This document shows, one piece after another, positions 10,303 to 19,935 of a stretch of DNA of 57,779 nt. The DNA comes from Candidatus Desulfaltia bathyphila (GTDB taxonomy: Bacteria > Desulfobacterota > Desulfobacteria > Desulfobacterales > ETH-SRB1). Location of the stretch: assembly GCA_014381545.1 (NCBI GenBank), contig JACNLL010000026.1, forward strand, positions 1 through 57,779, given 5' to 3'. The notes beneath the pieces are model-generated. The model did not search any database. It was not told the DNA's origin and was given only the letters and a program-made list of their open reading frames with translations. The translations under genes were made by a program, and so were the position numbers. The first letter of the stretch is position 1. The number at the start of each line of letters is the position of its first letter.

Positions 10303-11306
10303 CGTTTTGATCTTTTTAGAAGATAAATAAACAACGGCGCTCCGATCATGGCGGTAATCACGCCGGCAGGCATCTCACCCTGCTGCGGGAAGGTCCTTGC
10401 CAGTAAATCACATATAACCATATACGCCCCGCCTCCAAGAATACAGGCTGGAACAAGGACACGATGGTCAGGGCCGAGTATAAGCCGCAGCAGATGCGGC
10501 ATAACCAGGCCGACAAAACCCAGCAGGCCGCAATGACATACGGTTGAGCTAACCATAAACGATGTAACTACAAGAAGGATCGTGGTTACCCTCTTGATGT
10601 TTACGCCCATGGTCTGGGCCATTTCATTTCCCATAAGGAGAAGATTCATCGAATGTGAATATCTGAAAAGAATAATAAAACAGGGCAAAAGTGTTAGGGC
10701 AAGTATTCCGACTTGTCCGATATCGCTCATGGAAAGATCTCCCATGAGCCAGAAAATAATATTATGGAGCCTGGAGTCCTGCGTCATGGAAACAAGAAAC
10801 ATGATAATCGCACCGCAGAATGCATTTACCATTACACCGGAAAGAAGCAGTGTATTTTTTTTAAGAATAGATTGTCCTGATGACATTATAAGAAGCAAAA
10901 GCAGCGTGGCTATACTTCCAAGAAAGGCGGTAAAGCTGACACCCGGAAAACGGGATAATCCAGCTAATATGCCGATAATAGCGCCAATAGCAGATCCGCC
11001 TGAAATGCCAAGAATATATGGTTCGGCAAGCGGGTTTCGAAGAAGCGCCTGGAAAACAAGACCGCCCAGCGAAAGAGTTGCTCCGACCAGGGCTGCCAGC
11101 AGCACACGGGGAAAACGGATTTGCCAGACAATTGTATTTAGTATGGAGTCGGCTCCTCCTCCGAACAGTGATTGTAATACCGCCTTTACTCCGTTTCCGG
11201 TTGACCCTATGGAAATTCCAATAAGCATGGTTATTAAAAGGAGAAGCAAAAGCAGGGAAGAAACCGCCACAATACGCTTTAGCACAAATGGGGCTTTAAG
11301 ATTCAC
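10299..11306 (-). CDS. Cobalamin/Fe-chelate ABC permease (BtuC/FecCD family)
   Basis: IRFPRVLLA, FQALLRNPLAEPYILG.SGG, GFVGLVMPH. Confidence 0.92.
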   Translation of the reverse strand: MNLKAPFVLKRIVAVSSLLLLLLLITMLIGISIGSTGNGVKAVLQSLFGGGADSILNTIVWQIRFPRVLLAALVGATLSLGGLVFQALLRNPLAEPYILGISGGSAIGAIIGILAGLSRFPGVSFTAFLGSIATLLLLLIMSSGQSILKKNTLLLSGVMVNAFCGAIIMFLVSMTQDSRLHNIIFWLMGDLSMSDIGQVGILALTLLPCFIILFRYSHSMNLLLMGNEMAQTMGVNIKRVTTILLVVTSFMVSSTVCHCGLLGFVGLVMPHLLRLILGPDHRVLVPACILGGGAYMVICDLLARTFPQQGEMPAGVITAMIGAPLFIYLLKRSKR

Positions 11307-12223
11307 TGTTCATCCTCAAATAGTTCCGGCTCAAATAGTTCCGGATGAATCAGCCTGACAAGAACTTCAAGCCCGTCCAAAAGACGTGGGGTTGGGCGGT
11401 CAAAAAGGCTTGAATCCACCAGGAAAATTCGCTGGTCTCGGACAGCAGGAATGGTTGTCCATCTGCTCCACTCTTTCTTCACACGCTCAAACACTTCGCC
11501 CCTTGCCATGGAAGTGATGATAAAAACCTCCGGAGAAAGGGTCAGAACCTGCTCCCGGCTAAACCGAGGATATCTGGTGGTTCCTTCTGCAAGATTTTTT
11601 CCTCCGGCCAGCAAAATAAGTTCATGGATAAATGTATCCGACCCTGCTGAAACAATGGGGAAAATTCCAACCTGATAAAAGACCCGCGGCCTGTTTGAGG
11701 CTTTTGCCACCAGAAACTCCACCCGCTGAATCCGGAAACGCATCTTTTGCACCAGACTTTTTGCCTTTTTGCCGGCATTCAGGAGAGCGCCGATCTCAAT
11801 AACCGTTTCCATAACAGAATCAAGATCCCTGGGATTCACAACATATACAGGCACTTGAAGAGACCCAAGCCTTTCAACAACCGCCCTGGGGTTGCCATCC
11901 TTTATAGCTATACAAAGATCCGGTTTTAAGGCCACTATCCTTTCCAGATCGAGCCGCACAAATGAACCAACCTTTGGAAGCTTTACGGCTTCGGGAGGAA
12001 AATCGCTGAACCTGGTTACACCTGCTAAACGATGTTCCTGGCCCAGCCCATAAATAATTTCCGTGATACTCGGGGCAAAAGATATAATCCGCTGGGGGTT
12101 ATCAGGCAACATAACGGATCGTCCCAGTTGATCGGTTGTCTTTTTAACGGCAGATTGAGCCCCTGCAGAAAAGGAAAGAAATATTAAAACCGGCAAAACG
12201 ATGACCAGATGTTTGTATCTCAT
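11303..12223 (-). CDS. Cobalamin-binding periplasmic protein (BtuF-like)
   Basis: Signal peptide, DQLGR.V, RIISFAPSITE, ERIVALKPDL, RPTPRL. Confidence 0.85.
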   Translation of the reverse strand: MRYKHLVIVLPVLIFLSFSAGAQSAVKKTTDQLGRSVMLPDNPQRIISFAPSITEIIYGLGQEHRLAGVTRFSDFPPEAVKLPKVGSFVRLDLERIVALKPDLCIAIKDGNPRAVVERLGSLQVPVYVVNPRDLDSVMETVIEIGALLNAGKKAKSLVQKMRFRIQRVEFLVAKASNRPRVFYQVGIFPIVSAGSDTFIHELILLAGGKNLAEGTTRYPRFSREQVLTLSPEVFIITSMARGEVFERVKKEWSRWTTIPAVRDQRIFLVDSSLFDRPTPRLLDGLEVLVRLIHPELFEPELFEDEQ

Positions 12224-12225
12224 AA

Positions 12226-12447
12226 TTATTTATCAGGATTTATGGGTATTTCCAGGCCCCACCAGCCTTGCTCCTGTGTTTTCTTTAAACTTTCCGCTGA
12301 AGGATATTCGAACCCATATATGCTGAATTTCAGGTGATCCCAGTTTTTGTACATTGTGTCATGCTCAAAAAATTCAGACTCTTTTGCCAGGGTTCCGCAG
12401 CCTGAAAAAAACAAACCCAGGATAAAGATCAAAACAATTTTTTTCAT
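12226..12447 (-). CDS. Small lipoprotein of unknown function
   Basis: MKK + hydrophobic stretch + FSGC lipobox; GAGGAG RBS; tightly packed between neighbours. Confidence 0.75.
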   Translation of the reverse strand: MKKIVLIFILGLFFSGCGTLAKESEFFEHDTMYKNWDHLKFSIYGFEYPSAESLKKTQEQGWWGLEIPINPDK

Positions 12448-12460
12448 AATCTTAAGCTCC

Positions 12461-13564
12461 TCAAACAGACGCCTTTCTTTTATCCGTTATTATAATATCC
12501 CTTTTCGGATATGGTATCTCAATCCCCTCCTTATCAAACTCATCTTTTACTCTATCTGTAATGTAGGAAATTGTATCCATACGTTTTCGCGCATCATCAA
12601 TCCATACCCTGAGCTGGAGATCGACCGATGATTCCCCAAAATTTTTAACAACCACGTTAGGCGGCGGCTCTTTTGAAATCCAGTCAGCGGAATCAGCAAC
12701 CCTTTTAATTATCTCCTTCGTCTTTTTCATATCCGCGTCATATGCAACTCCAATATTAATTCTAACCCTGATCTTTGATGTGATAATAGTGTAATTTACA
12801 ATATCGCGTGTCATTATTTCGTTATTGGGAATAATTATTACAATATTATCGGTTGTCCTTATCTTTGTCGCGCGAAGGCCTATACCTATTACATCGCCCC
12901 ACGAGGCGCTTCCGGCCGGAGCGTTCCACACTTCGATCCGATCACCTATTTCAAAGGGCCTGTCAATGATGAGCAATACACCGGCTATAAGATTTGACAG
13001 CGTATCCTTGGCCGCAAACCCTATTGCTATTCCGATTACGCCTGCACCCGCAATAAACGGCATTACATTTACGCCCAGAATATCAAGGGCCAGAATGATC
13101 GCCGTCAGATAAACTATTACGCCGGCAAATTTGTTAAGCAGGTCGAAAATAATATTATCAATCTTGGTCTCTGTTTTAGCGGCAATATTATTTTCCAGAT
13201 AAGTAAGAAGCATAACAAGGAAATCTTTCACAGGGGCCGCAAGTAGTATAATCAAAAAAGCAAAGAATGCCTTTTCGATTAATTGAATGTTGAAAATCCT
13301 GATAAGATATGTGCCTGTTACAAGCACCAGAGCATAAAAAACCGCTCTGCGGGCAGCTATAAAAACCTTTGTGTCAATACGTATAAAGTTATATTTTTTT
13401 GCCCGTTTCTGAATATAATTAAGGATGCATTTCAATATCATCCAGACAATAAATGAACCAGCGACTGCAAGAGCAGCCTTATATACAACATTTAAATATA
13501 CAGACTCTCCTGGAAATATTGCCAGGAGTTTATTCCAATATATATTCAAGTTATTCATAGACAC
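12461..13564 (-). CDS. MscS mechanosensitive channel
   Basis: AIGFAAKDTLSNLIAG, DRPFEIGDRI, IGLRATKIRT, IPN, GIEIPYP. Confidence 0.92.
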   Translation of the reverse strand: MSMNNLNIYWNKLLAIFPGESVYLNVVYKAALAVAGSFIVWMILKCILNYIQKRAKKYNFIRIDTKVFIAARRAVFYALVLVTGTYLIRIFNIQLIEKAFFAFLIILLAAPVKDFLVMLLTYLENNIAAKTETKIDNIIFDLLNKFAGVIVYLTAIILALDILGVNVMPFIAGAGVIGIAIGFAAKDTLSNLIAGVLLIIDRPFEIGDRIEVWNAPAGSASWGDVIGIGLRATKIRTTDNIVIIIPNNEIMTRDIVNYTIITSKIRVRINIGVAYDADMKKTKEIIKRVADSADWISKEPPPNVVVKNFGESSVDLQLRVWIDDARKRMDTISYITDRVKDEFDKEGIEIPYPKRDIIITDKRKASV

Positions 13565-13656
13565 TCCATTTTATATCATGTATAATTTTATATTTATAAT
13601 GGGGTACATGCTTTTTTCAAATCTATAGCTACCTTACTGTTTTGTCAAACAATAGT

Positions 13657-13799
13657 GATGGCGTCGTAAAAAGTCGAAAAACATGTCATTGCGAGCGAAG
13701 CGAAGCAATCTCGTATAAGATAAGTGCTTATATTTATTAGATTGCTTCGTCGTTGCACTCCTCGCAATGACTTGGGGAATGACTTTTTACGAAACCATT
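13657..13799. mobile_element. MITE-like element with 19-bp terminal inverted repeats, enclosing an RPE/REP-like palindrome (13685-13771)
   Basis: GATGGCGTCGTAAAAAGTC ... GACTTTTTACGAAACCATT; inner GTCATTGCGAG...CTCGCAATGAC. Confidence 0.75.
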
Positions 13800-13817
13800 A
13801 AGTGTTGAATAATCAAA

Positions 13818-15086
13818 ATGCCTGACGTTAAGTATAACTTCTTATCTTTATTACTAATAATATATTTTCTGCTTCCCGGGCAACCGGAAAATTTATGGGC
13901 TGAAAATCAATACACTCAAAACAATCATCCAACAAAGCGCTCTATAAGCAAAGCGCTTCAAGCCCTGCAACATGACATCGGCAGTAATGATGCTGTGCTT
14001 GTCGCAAACCGGCAAGGTAGAATAATATTTTCCAAAAATGCCGAAAAACCACTGATTCCGGCTTCCACCCTGAAAATACTGACATCTCTTGTGGCGCTTC
14101 ATTATCTCGGGCCTGATTACAGATTCACAACTGAATTCTACATGGATGCAAAGGCAAATCTAAAAATAAAGGGCTACGGAGATCCGCTTTTGATATCAGA
14201 AATTTTAGCAAAGATATCAAAATCCTTAAGCGCTGATCTTTCAATAAAGGGTCAAAGGATCAACGATCTTGTTCTGGATGACTCATATTTTATAAAAAAA
14301 ATAGTAATTCCCGGAAAGACAGAATCATTAGAGCCATATGATGCGCCAAACGGAGCCCTGTGCGTCAACTTCAACACTGTTTATTTTAAACAACTTAAAG
14401 ACGGCTCCTTTATCAGCGCCGAACCCCAGACACCTCTTTTGCCGATCGCTTTTAAAAGGATTAAACAGTCCGGTCTCAAGAAGGAAAGAATAGTGCTTAC
14501 TCATGCTGAAAATGAAATTACTCTTTATGCAGGGCATCTTTTTCAATATTTACTGAATAAAGAAGGTATAAAAACAAAGGGAAAGATAAAATTAGGCACG
14601 GTTCGGAAAGACAAAAATAAACTGATTTATCGCTATGCTTCAGAATTTACCTTAAAACAAATAATATCAAGGCTACTTGAGCATTCAAATAACTTTATGG
14701 CAAACCAGATACTGATTGCAACAGGAGCAAAGGTTTTCGGTCCTCCAGGAACGCTGGGCAAAGGGATACTCGCAGCATCAACTTACGCAAAAAATGTGCT
14801 TAATATAGACAACATCCGCCTTGTTGAAGGCTCTGGAATGTCGAGGAGAAACAGGATTTCCGCAAAGAATCTGGCTAAAATTATCAAAGAATTTGAGCCG
14901 TATTACAATCTAATGCGCCATTTAAAGGGAGAGTATTATAAATCAGGAACATTAAAGGGCATAACAACAAGGACAGGCTATATTGAAAATAAAAAAGGGG
15001 AATTGTATCGCTTTGTAGTAATGTTGAACTCGCCCGGCAAATCAATGCAAAACATTATGGATAGTATTCATCAGCTTGTTGAGTAG
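13818..15086 (+). CDS. dacB: D-Ala-D-Ala carboxypeptidase/endopeptidase (peptidase S13, PBP4)
   Basis: PASTLK (SxxK), GYGDP, SNN, EGSGMSR.N, KSGTL. Confidence 0.85.
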   Translation: MPDVKYNFLSLLLIIYFLLPGQPENLWAENQYTQNNHPTKRSISKALQALQHDIGSNDAVLVANRQGRIIFSKNAEKPLIPASTLKILTSLVALHYLGPDYRFTTEFYMDAKANLKIKGYGDPLLISEILAKISKSLSADLSIKGQRINDLVLDDSYFIKKIVIPGKTESLEPYDAPNGALCVNFNTVYFKQLKDGSFISAEPQTPLLPIAFKRIKQSGLKKERIVLTHAENEITLYAGHLFQYLLNKEGIKTKGKIKLGTVRKDKNKLIYRYASEFTLKQIISRLLEHSNNFMANQILIATGAKVFGPPGTLGKGILAASTYAKNVLNIDNIRLVEGSGMSRRNRISAKNLAKIIKEFEPYYNLMRHLKGEYYKSGTLKGITTRTGYIENKKGELYRFVVMLNSPGKSMQNIMDSIHQLVE

Positions 15087-15117
15087 AGGTCGTGTGAAGT
15101 TATTTTTGCGTGAACCC

Positions 15118-16368
15118 TTAGTGCTTAAAGCTCCTCTGCCCCGTATATACCATTGTAGCATCCGCCTCATTGCATGCCTCAATCGACTGATAGTCGTTTA
15201 CAGATCCTCCAGGCTGAATTACAGCGGAAACACCTTCATTCAGACCCACATCAATACCATCCCTGAATGGAAAAAACGCATCACTGACCATTGCGGAACC
15301 AGGCAGCCCGCCCTTTTCGTCTGCAACTCTGCTGTCAATTTCTGCCTTTTTATCCTTGTCTTTTAATTCATTATAAGGAATTTTATACATCTCAAAACAA
15401 TAACGGTCGGCAAGCTTTCGATATGCCTTATCTCTCGCTATCTCGGCAACCCCTACCCTGTCCTGTTCTCCTGCGCCGATACCAACTGTTACCAGGTCCT
15501 TTACAAAAATAACCGAGTTAGATGTAACTCCTGACTCAACCAGCCATCCAAACAGCATATCATTATATTCCTTCTCGGTCGGCTCACGGTTTATCCTGTA
15601 ATTCTTCCCCTTATATTCGCACTCGGCAATATTAAGATCATCTTTCGACCTGGCAGCAGGCACAAAAGACCACTGAGAGACAATGCCGCCGTCAATAAGA
15701 CTTTTGAATTCTACGAATCTCTGCCCGACAAAATCTGTTAATTTGTCTATGTTTCCTATTCTCACTACCCTGAGGTTTTTCTTCTTTGCAAAAATATCCA
15801 TAACACCAGCTTCAAAATCAGGAGCTACCACAACTTCAGCATATTGTCTGTTAATTGTTTCCGCCGTTGCTTTATCAACAGCTCTGTTTACAGCGATACA
15901 ACCTCCAAATGCAGCAATTCTGTCTGCCATATTGGCCTTAATATAGGCTTTGTCTAAAGAATCGGACTGAGCAACGCCACATGGATTGTTGTGCTTGACA
16001 ATTATAGCGGTTGGCTTGTCCGTAAAATATCTCAGGATATTCAAGGCATTATCAGCATCGGTCAAATTGATTTTGCCGGGATGCTTCCCTGACTGCAACA
16101 ACTCAATGTCAGAAGCCAGATACTGGCCTGGCTGGATTGTTTCGGTTTCACCTAAAATCAGGTTTCCGTTAATCAATTTATACAGGGCTGCTTCCTGACC
16201 GGGATTTTCGCCGTACCTTAAACCTTTTTCAACATTATCTATAGTCCAGGTAACTTTTTCATAAAAAAGAGTCTGCCTTTTATCCTTGTCCACAAAGCTG
16301 ATTTCCATATTAGGCGTAAAATGGTCATCCATGATTGTTTTATACATTTTCTTTAGATCTTCAGCCAT
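15118..16368 (-). CDS. purH: AICAR transformylase-like domain (C-terminal half of a split PurH)
   Basis: LRYGENPGQ.AA, KHNNPCGVA, AFGG, SDAFFPFRDG, QPGGS, RSFKH. Confidence 0.85.
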   Translation of the reverse strand: MAEDLKKMYKTIMDDHFTPNMEISFVDKDKRQTLFYEKVTWTIDNVEKGLRYGENPGQEAALYKLINGNLILGETETIQPGQYLASDIELLQSGKHPGKINLTDADNALNILRYFTDKPTAIIVKHNNPCGVAQSDSLDKAYIKANMADRIAAFGGCIAVNRAVDKATAETINRQYAEVVVAPDFEAGVMDIFAKKKNLRVVRIGNIDKLTDFVGQRFVEFKSLIDGGIVSQWSFVPAARSKDDLNIAECEYKGKNYRINREPTEKEYNDMLFGWLVESGVTSNSVIFVKDLVTVGIGAGEQDRVGVAEIARDKAYRKLADRYCFEMYKIPYNELKDKDKKAEIDSRVADEKGGLPGSAMVSDAFFPFRDGIDVGLNEGVSAVIQPGGSVNDYQSIEACNEADATMVYTGQRSFKH

Positions 16369-16450
16369 TTATATCTCCTAATTGATTTCAAGTAAGCTAA
16401 CCCTAAAGTTAAGGGGTCGCTTTGCTCCATAATTTTAGTCATTTGTAACT

Positions 16451-17128
16451 TTAAAAGGAATAACAAGCCTTTACTTCATCGAAGGTTCTATCACTCAAAT
16501 AGTCTGCGATAAACCGGTCATATACGGCTGTGTGCTCAAAGGCCTTCTGCGCCAGCTCACAGCGTAGCCTCAGAGATAATTGTCCGTTATTTGATTTTAT
16601 CTCTGATACAATAGTTTCGTAGTCAGAAGGGTCAACAACCGGTGCCACTCTTATAAAGTTTTTGGCGGCAGCCCTTATCATGCAGGGGCCGCCTATATCA
16701 ATATTACCCCTGGCCTGTTCAATGGTTATATTATGTTTTGCAATAGTCTCCTTAAAAGGATACAGATTCACTACGACCATATCGATGGGAACAGAATCTG
16801 TTCTCTTCAAATCATTTTTGTGGTATTCATTATATGTTTCCGTAAGAAGACCCAGATATATTTTAAAATCCAAAGTCTTTACAAGCCCACCCTGGGTTTC
16901 GGGCTGCCCCGTGTAATCTGACACCTGTGTCAAGCAGGATGCGGCATCAGAACCAAGTATCTCTTTTATACTACTGTATGTGCCTCCGGTTGAAAAAAAT
17001 TTTAGCTCAGGATTTACTGAAAGCATCTCCGGTATTAGCTTGTCGAGGCCATTTTTGTCTGAAACACTTACAAGTATGTGCTTCACCATGATTAAATCAT
17101 CGATCCTTTCAACAACATTAATACTCAT
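16451..17128 (-). CDS. purH: IMP cyclohydrolase MGS-like domain (N-terminal half of a split PurH)
   Basis: VSVSDK.GL, STGGT, GGLVKTL, VVNLYPF, NIDIGGP.MIRAAAKN. Confidence 0.88.
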   Translation of the reverse strand: MSINVVERIDDLIMVKHILVSVSDKNGLDKLIPEMLSVNPELKFFSTGGTYSSIKEILGSDAASCLTQVSDYTGQPETQGGLVKTLDFKIYLGLLTETYNEYHKNDLKRTDSVPIDMVVVNLYPFKETIAKHNITIEQARGNIDIGGPCMIRAAAKNFIRVAPVVDPSDYETIVSEIKSNNGQLSLRLRCELAQKAFEHTAVYDRFIADYLSDRTFDEVKACYSF

Positions 17129-17478
17129 TATCTCTACCTTGTTCTCTCATATTTTTCTAAACCTTATATAAAAGGAAGAATTCATTCCCACAAAAAATTT
17201 ACAGATATTGCTTTTTACTGTGCATAAGAAATAAACAATCATTTTAGAACCTTAGTGTCTTTGCAACTTTGTGGCTGAACTATTACCATTTATGTAATTT
17301 TTATGTTATTATCCAAATAGTGTCAAGAATTATGTGTAAAAGGGAAAACCGCTTTTTCTATTGTCACGGCCACTTCTTTTTCCAAAATTCCATTTGCAAT
17401 TCGATAAATTTACGCATAGTTTACTCCCATTAACAGAAATTTACAAACTCATTTTTATGTAACATTAACCGACTGTGC

Positions 17479-19080
17479 GTGAGCTTCATGTGTGATCGAA
17501 TTCAAAACAGGACAGGCTGGATAAGACATGTTTCTATCACTCCCCCAACTCTGCAAAATAATACTGCAGATGCTGATCGGCTTATAGGAGAATTAAAAAC
17601 CAGGCTTAATACCGATGCCGTTGATATAGACTTTTATTTATTAAAAAGATTGCCGGATCTTTTAAGAAAATGCGAATATAATGTCGACTGCATCCTTTTC
17701 AAGGATCGGAAAAGGTGGGTTGTTACAGGTATTACGCATTCGCAGGATACAAGTCCCACCTACGGCCTGGCCGTTGATCTCGGCACCACCAGGATTGTCT
17801 TGCGCCTTATAGACCTTTCAACAGGTTTGATTCCGGCCGAAACATCTTTTGACAATCCCCAAATATCCGTGGGACCCGACGTGTTGGCAAGGATACACTT
17901 TGCGGACCAGGATGGAGGGCTGAATAAGCTCAACAAAATGATTGTCGACAGCCTTAATCGAATGATCATAAGGTTGTGCGATTCCTGTAAAATAAAGCCA
18001 TATAACATATATTCCCTTTCTGTGGCAGGCAATACAGCCATGACCCATTTTTTCATGGGTCTTAGTCTTCACTGGATAGTACGTGAACCATATATTCCGG
18101 TTATAAACAGACCCGGGCTTGTAAAAGCAAAAGAGCTGGGAATTAAGGTTAACCCTATGGCCAGAGTTCTGATCTTTCCAAATGTCGGCAGCTATTTTGG
18201 TGGAGACCTGATTGCAGGAATTCTGTTTTCCGGCTTAAACAAAACAGAGGATACAGCCATTTTGGTTGACGTTGGAACAAATGCAGAGGTTGTATTAGGA
18301 AATAGAGACTGGCTTATTGCCTGTGCCGGAGCAGCAGGCCCTGCCCTGGAATGCGGGGTAACCGGGATGGGTATGATGGCGGGCCCGGGTGTGATTGATC
18401 AGGTTGTTATCGATCATGATACTTATAATATTCGATTGCATACCATTGACAACATGCCGCCCAGAGGGATTTGCGGTTCAGGCCTGATAGACCTTGCAGC
18501 CCAGCTTTTTCTTCGCGGTATGATCGACATCAAGGGCAAGTTGGTGCCGTCGATATGCGGCAACAGACTAAAGAAGAAAGATGGTGCCAGGCATCTTGTG
18601 GTGGCGCCTGCAAAAGATTCCGCCACGGGGTCTGACCTTACTATAAGCCAGGCAGACATTAACAGTCTTATCAGATCCAAGGCCGCCATGTATACAATAC
18701 TTGAGACTATTACATCTTCTGCTGGAATCTCTTTTAAGGATCTTTCTACATTTTATGTGGCAGGCGCCTTTGGATCTTTTATCAATCCCAGGTCGGCTAT
18801 ATCTATTGGAATGCTTCCTGATCTGCCGATTGACCGTTACAAATCCCTGGATAACAGCTCTATTGGCGGAGCAACCATGGTGCTTACATCGAGTGAGTGT
18901 TTAGATGAGATCGATAATATCAGAGACCGCATTACTTATCTTGAATTAAACGTAAATCAGGAATTCATGAACAGATTCAGCGCTGCCAGGTTTCTCCCCC
19001 ATACTGATTCCTCGCTTTTTCGCTCGGTGAAGACGTGTGCCCACATCTCCCCTCCACAAAAGCCTTCCGCGGCAGGATAA
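17479..19080 (+). CDS. ASKHA-fold reductive activator of corrinoid proteins (RACo/AcsV-like), lacking the N-terminal [2Fe-2S] domain
   Basis: GLAVDLGTT, NPQ..GPDVLARI, GNTAM, DVGTNAE, AAGPALE, GICGSG, AGAFG. Confidence 0.88.
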   Translation: MSFMCDRIQNRTGWIRHVSITPPTLQNNTADADRLIGELKTRLNTDAVDIDFYLLKRLPDLLRKCEYNVDCILFKDRKRWVVTGITHSQDTSPTYGLAVDLGTTRIVLRLIDLSTGLIPAETSFDNPQISVGPDVLARIHFADQDGGLNKLNKMIVDSLNRMIIRLCDSCKIKPYNIYSLSVAGNTAMTHFFMGLSLHWIVREPYIPVINRPGLVKAKELGIKVNPMARVLIFPNVGSYFGGDLIAGILFSGLNKTEDTAILVDVGTNAEVVLGNRDWLIACAGAAGPALECGVTGMGMMAGPGVIDQVVIDHDTYNIRLHTIDNMPPRGICGSGLIDLAAQLFLRGMIDIKGKLVPSICGNRLKKKDGARHLVVAPAKDSATGSDLTISQADINSLIRSKAAMYTILETITSSAGISFKDLSTFYVAGAFGSFINPRSAISIGMLPDLPIDRYKSLDNSSIGGATMVLTSSECLDEIDNIRDRITYLELNVNQEFMNRFSAARFLPHTDSSLFRSVKTCAHISPPQKPSAAG

Positions 19081-19114
19081 CCTTGAACCACAATATGTTG
19101 CGTCACTTTTTCTC

Positions 19115-19144
19115 TTGACACACATTCAATTACCTTTATATACT
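19115..19144 (+). promoter_or_regulatory. Putative sigma70 promoter of the CBS-ACT gene
   Basis: TTGACA (19115) N18 TATACT (19139). Confidence 0.4.
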
Positions 19145-19230
19145 TAATTTTTATACAAATTATTTTGATTTTTTATGAAATATGCAGACCGGCGGGGTCA
19201 GAGCCCCTTACAAGCAATGGAGGAAATATT

Positions 19231-19935
19231 ATGTTAGTCAAAGGATGGATGTCAAGTGATGTAATTTCAGTCGAGGAAGAAACTTCTATGATGAAGGCTT
19301 CCGTCCTTATGAAGGAAAACAATATTCGTCGTCTCCCTGTAGTCAGAAAGGGAAAATTAGTTGGGCTTGTTACTGATACGGATTTAAAAGAGGCTTCTCC
19401 ATCAAAGGCGACCACTCTGGATATCTATGAAATAAGTTATCTGTTGTCTGAGATTAAAGTCAAAGAATTGATGTCAAAAAACGTGACCTATGTGAAACCT
19501 GATGAGACTATAGAATTTGCAGCGGTCTTGATGCTTGAAAACAAGATTTCAGGACTCCCGGTAATAAACGATCAACAAAATTTGATCGGTGTTATAACGG
19601 AAACAGATATATTCAAAGCTTTAATCCATATTACCGGAGTATACAACGGCGATACACAGTTTGCTCTCTGCCTGAGAGATAAACCGGGATCAGTGCATGA
19701 AGTTGCGGATGTCATCCGCAACATGGGCGGCCGGGTCGTGAGTATACTCACAAGCTATGACTTAGCGGATGAAGGGTACAGAAACGTCTATTTTCGAATT
19801 CGACATATGGAACATGATCGGCTGGTAAAACTGGTCAATATTCTGGAAGAAAAATTCACAGTACTATATACAGTCAAAGAATCCTTGGAAAAGGTTGCAG
19901 ATAGGCGGTTGCATAAAGATTATGAATCCTCGTGA
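19231..19935 (+). CDS. CBS-pair plus ACT domain protein (AcuB-like)
   Basis: IRRLPVV, LKEASPSKATTLDIYE, KISGLPV, DKPGS; GGAGG RBS before the ATG at 19231. Confidence 0.88.
   Translation: MLVKGWMSSDVISVEEETSMMKASVLMKENNIRRLPVVRKGKLVGLVTDTDLKEASPSKATTLDIYEISYLLSEIKVKELMSKNVTYVKPDETIEFAAVLMLENKISGLPVINDQQNLIGVITETDIFKALIHITGVYNGDTQFALCLRDKPGSVHEVADVIRNMGGRVVSILTSYDLADEGYRNVYFRIRHMEHDRLVKLVNILEEKFTVLYTVKESLEKVADRRLHKDYESS

Noticed and set aside
12224-13660. Cobalamin riboswitch for the btu-like operon
   Set aside because: No B12-box or GGGAA core recognised upstream; genes are tightly packed.
17129-17478. ZTP or THF riboswitch upstream of purH (also checked upstream of fhs)
   Set aside because: AT-rich with no conserved aptamer motifs visible by eye; an Infernal/Rfam scan would be decisive.
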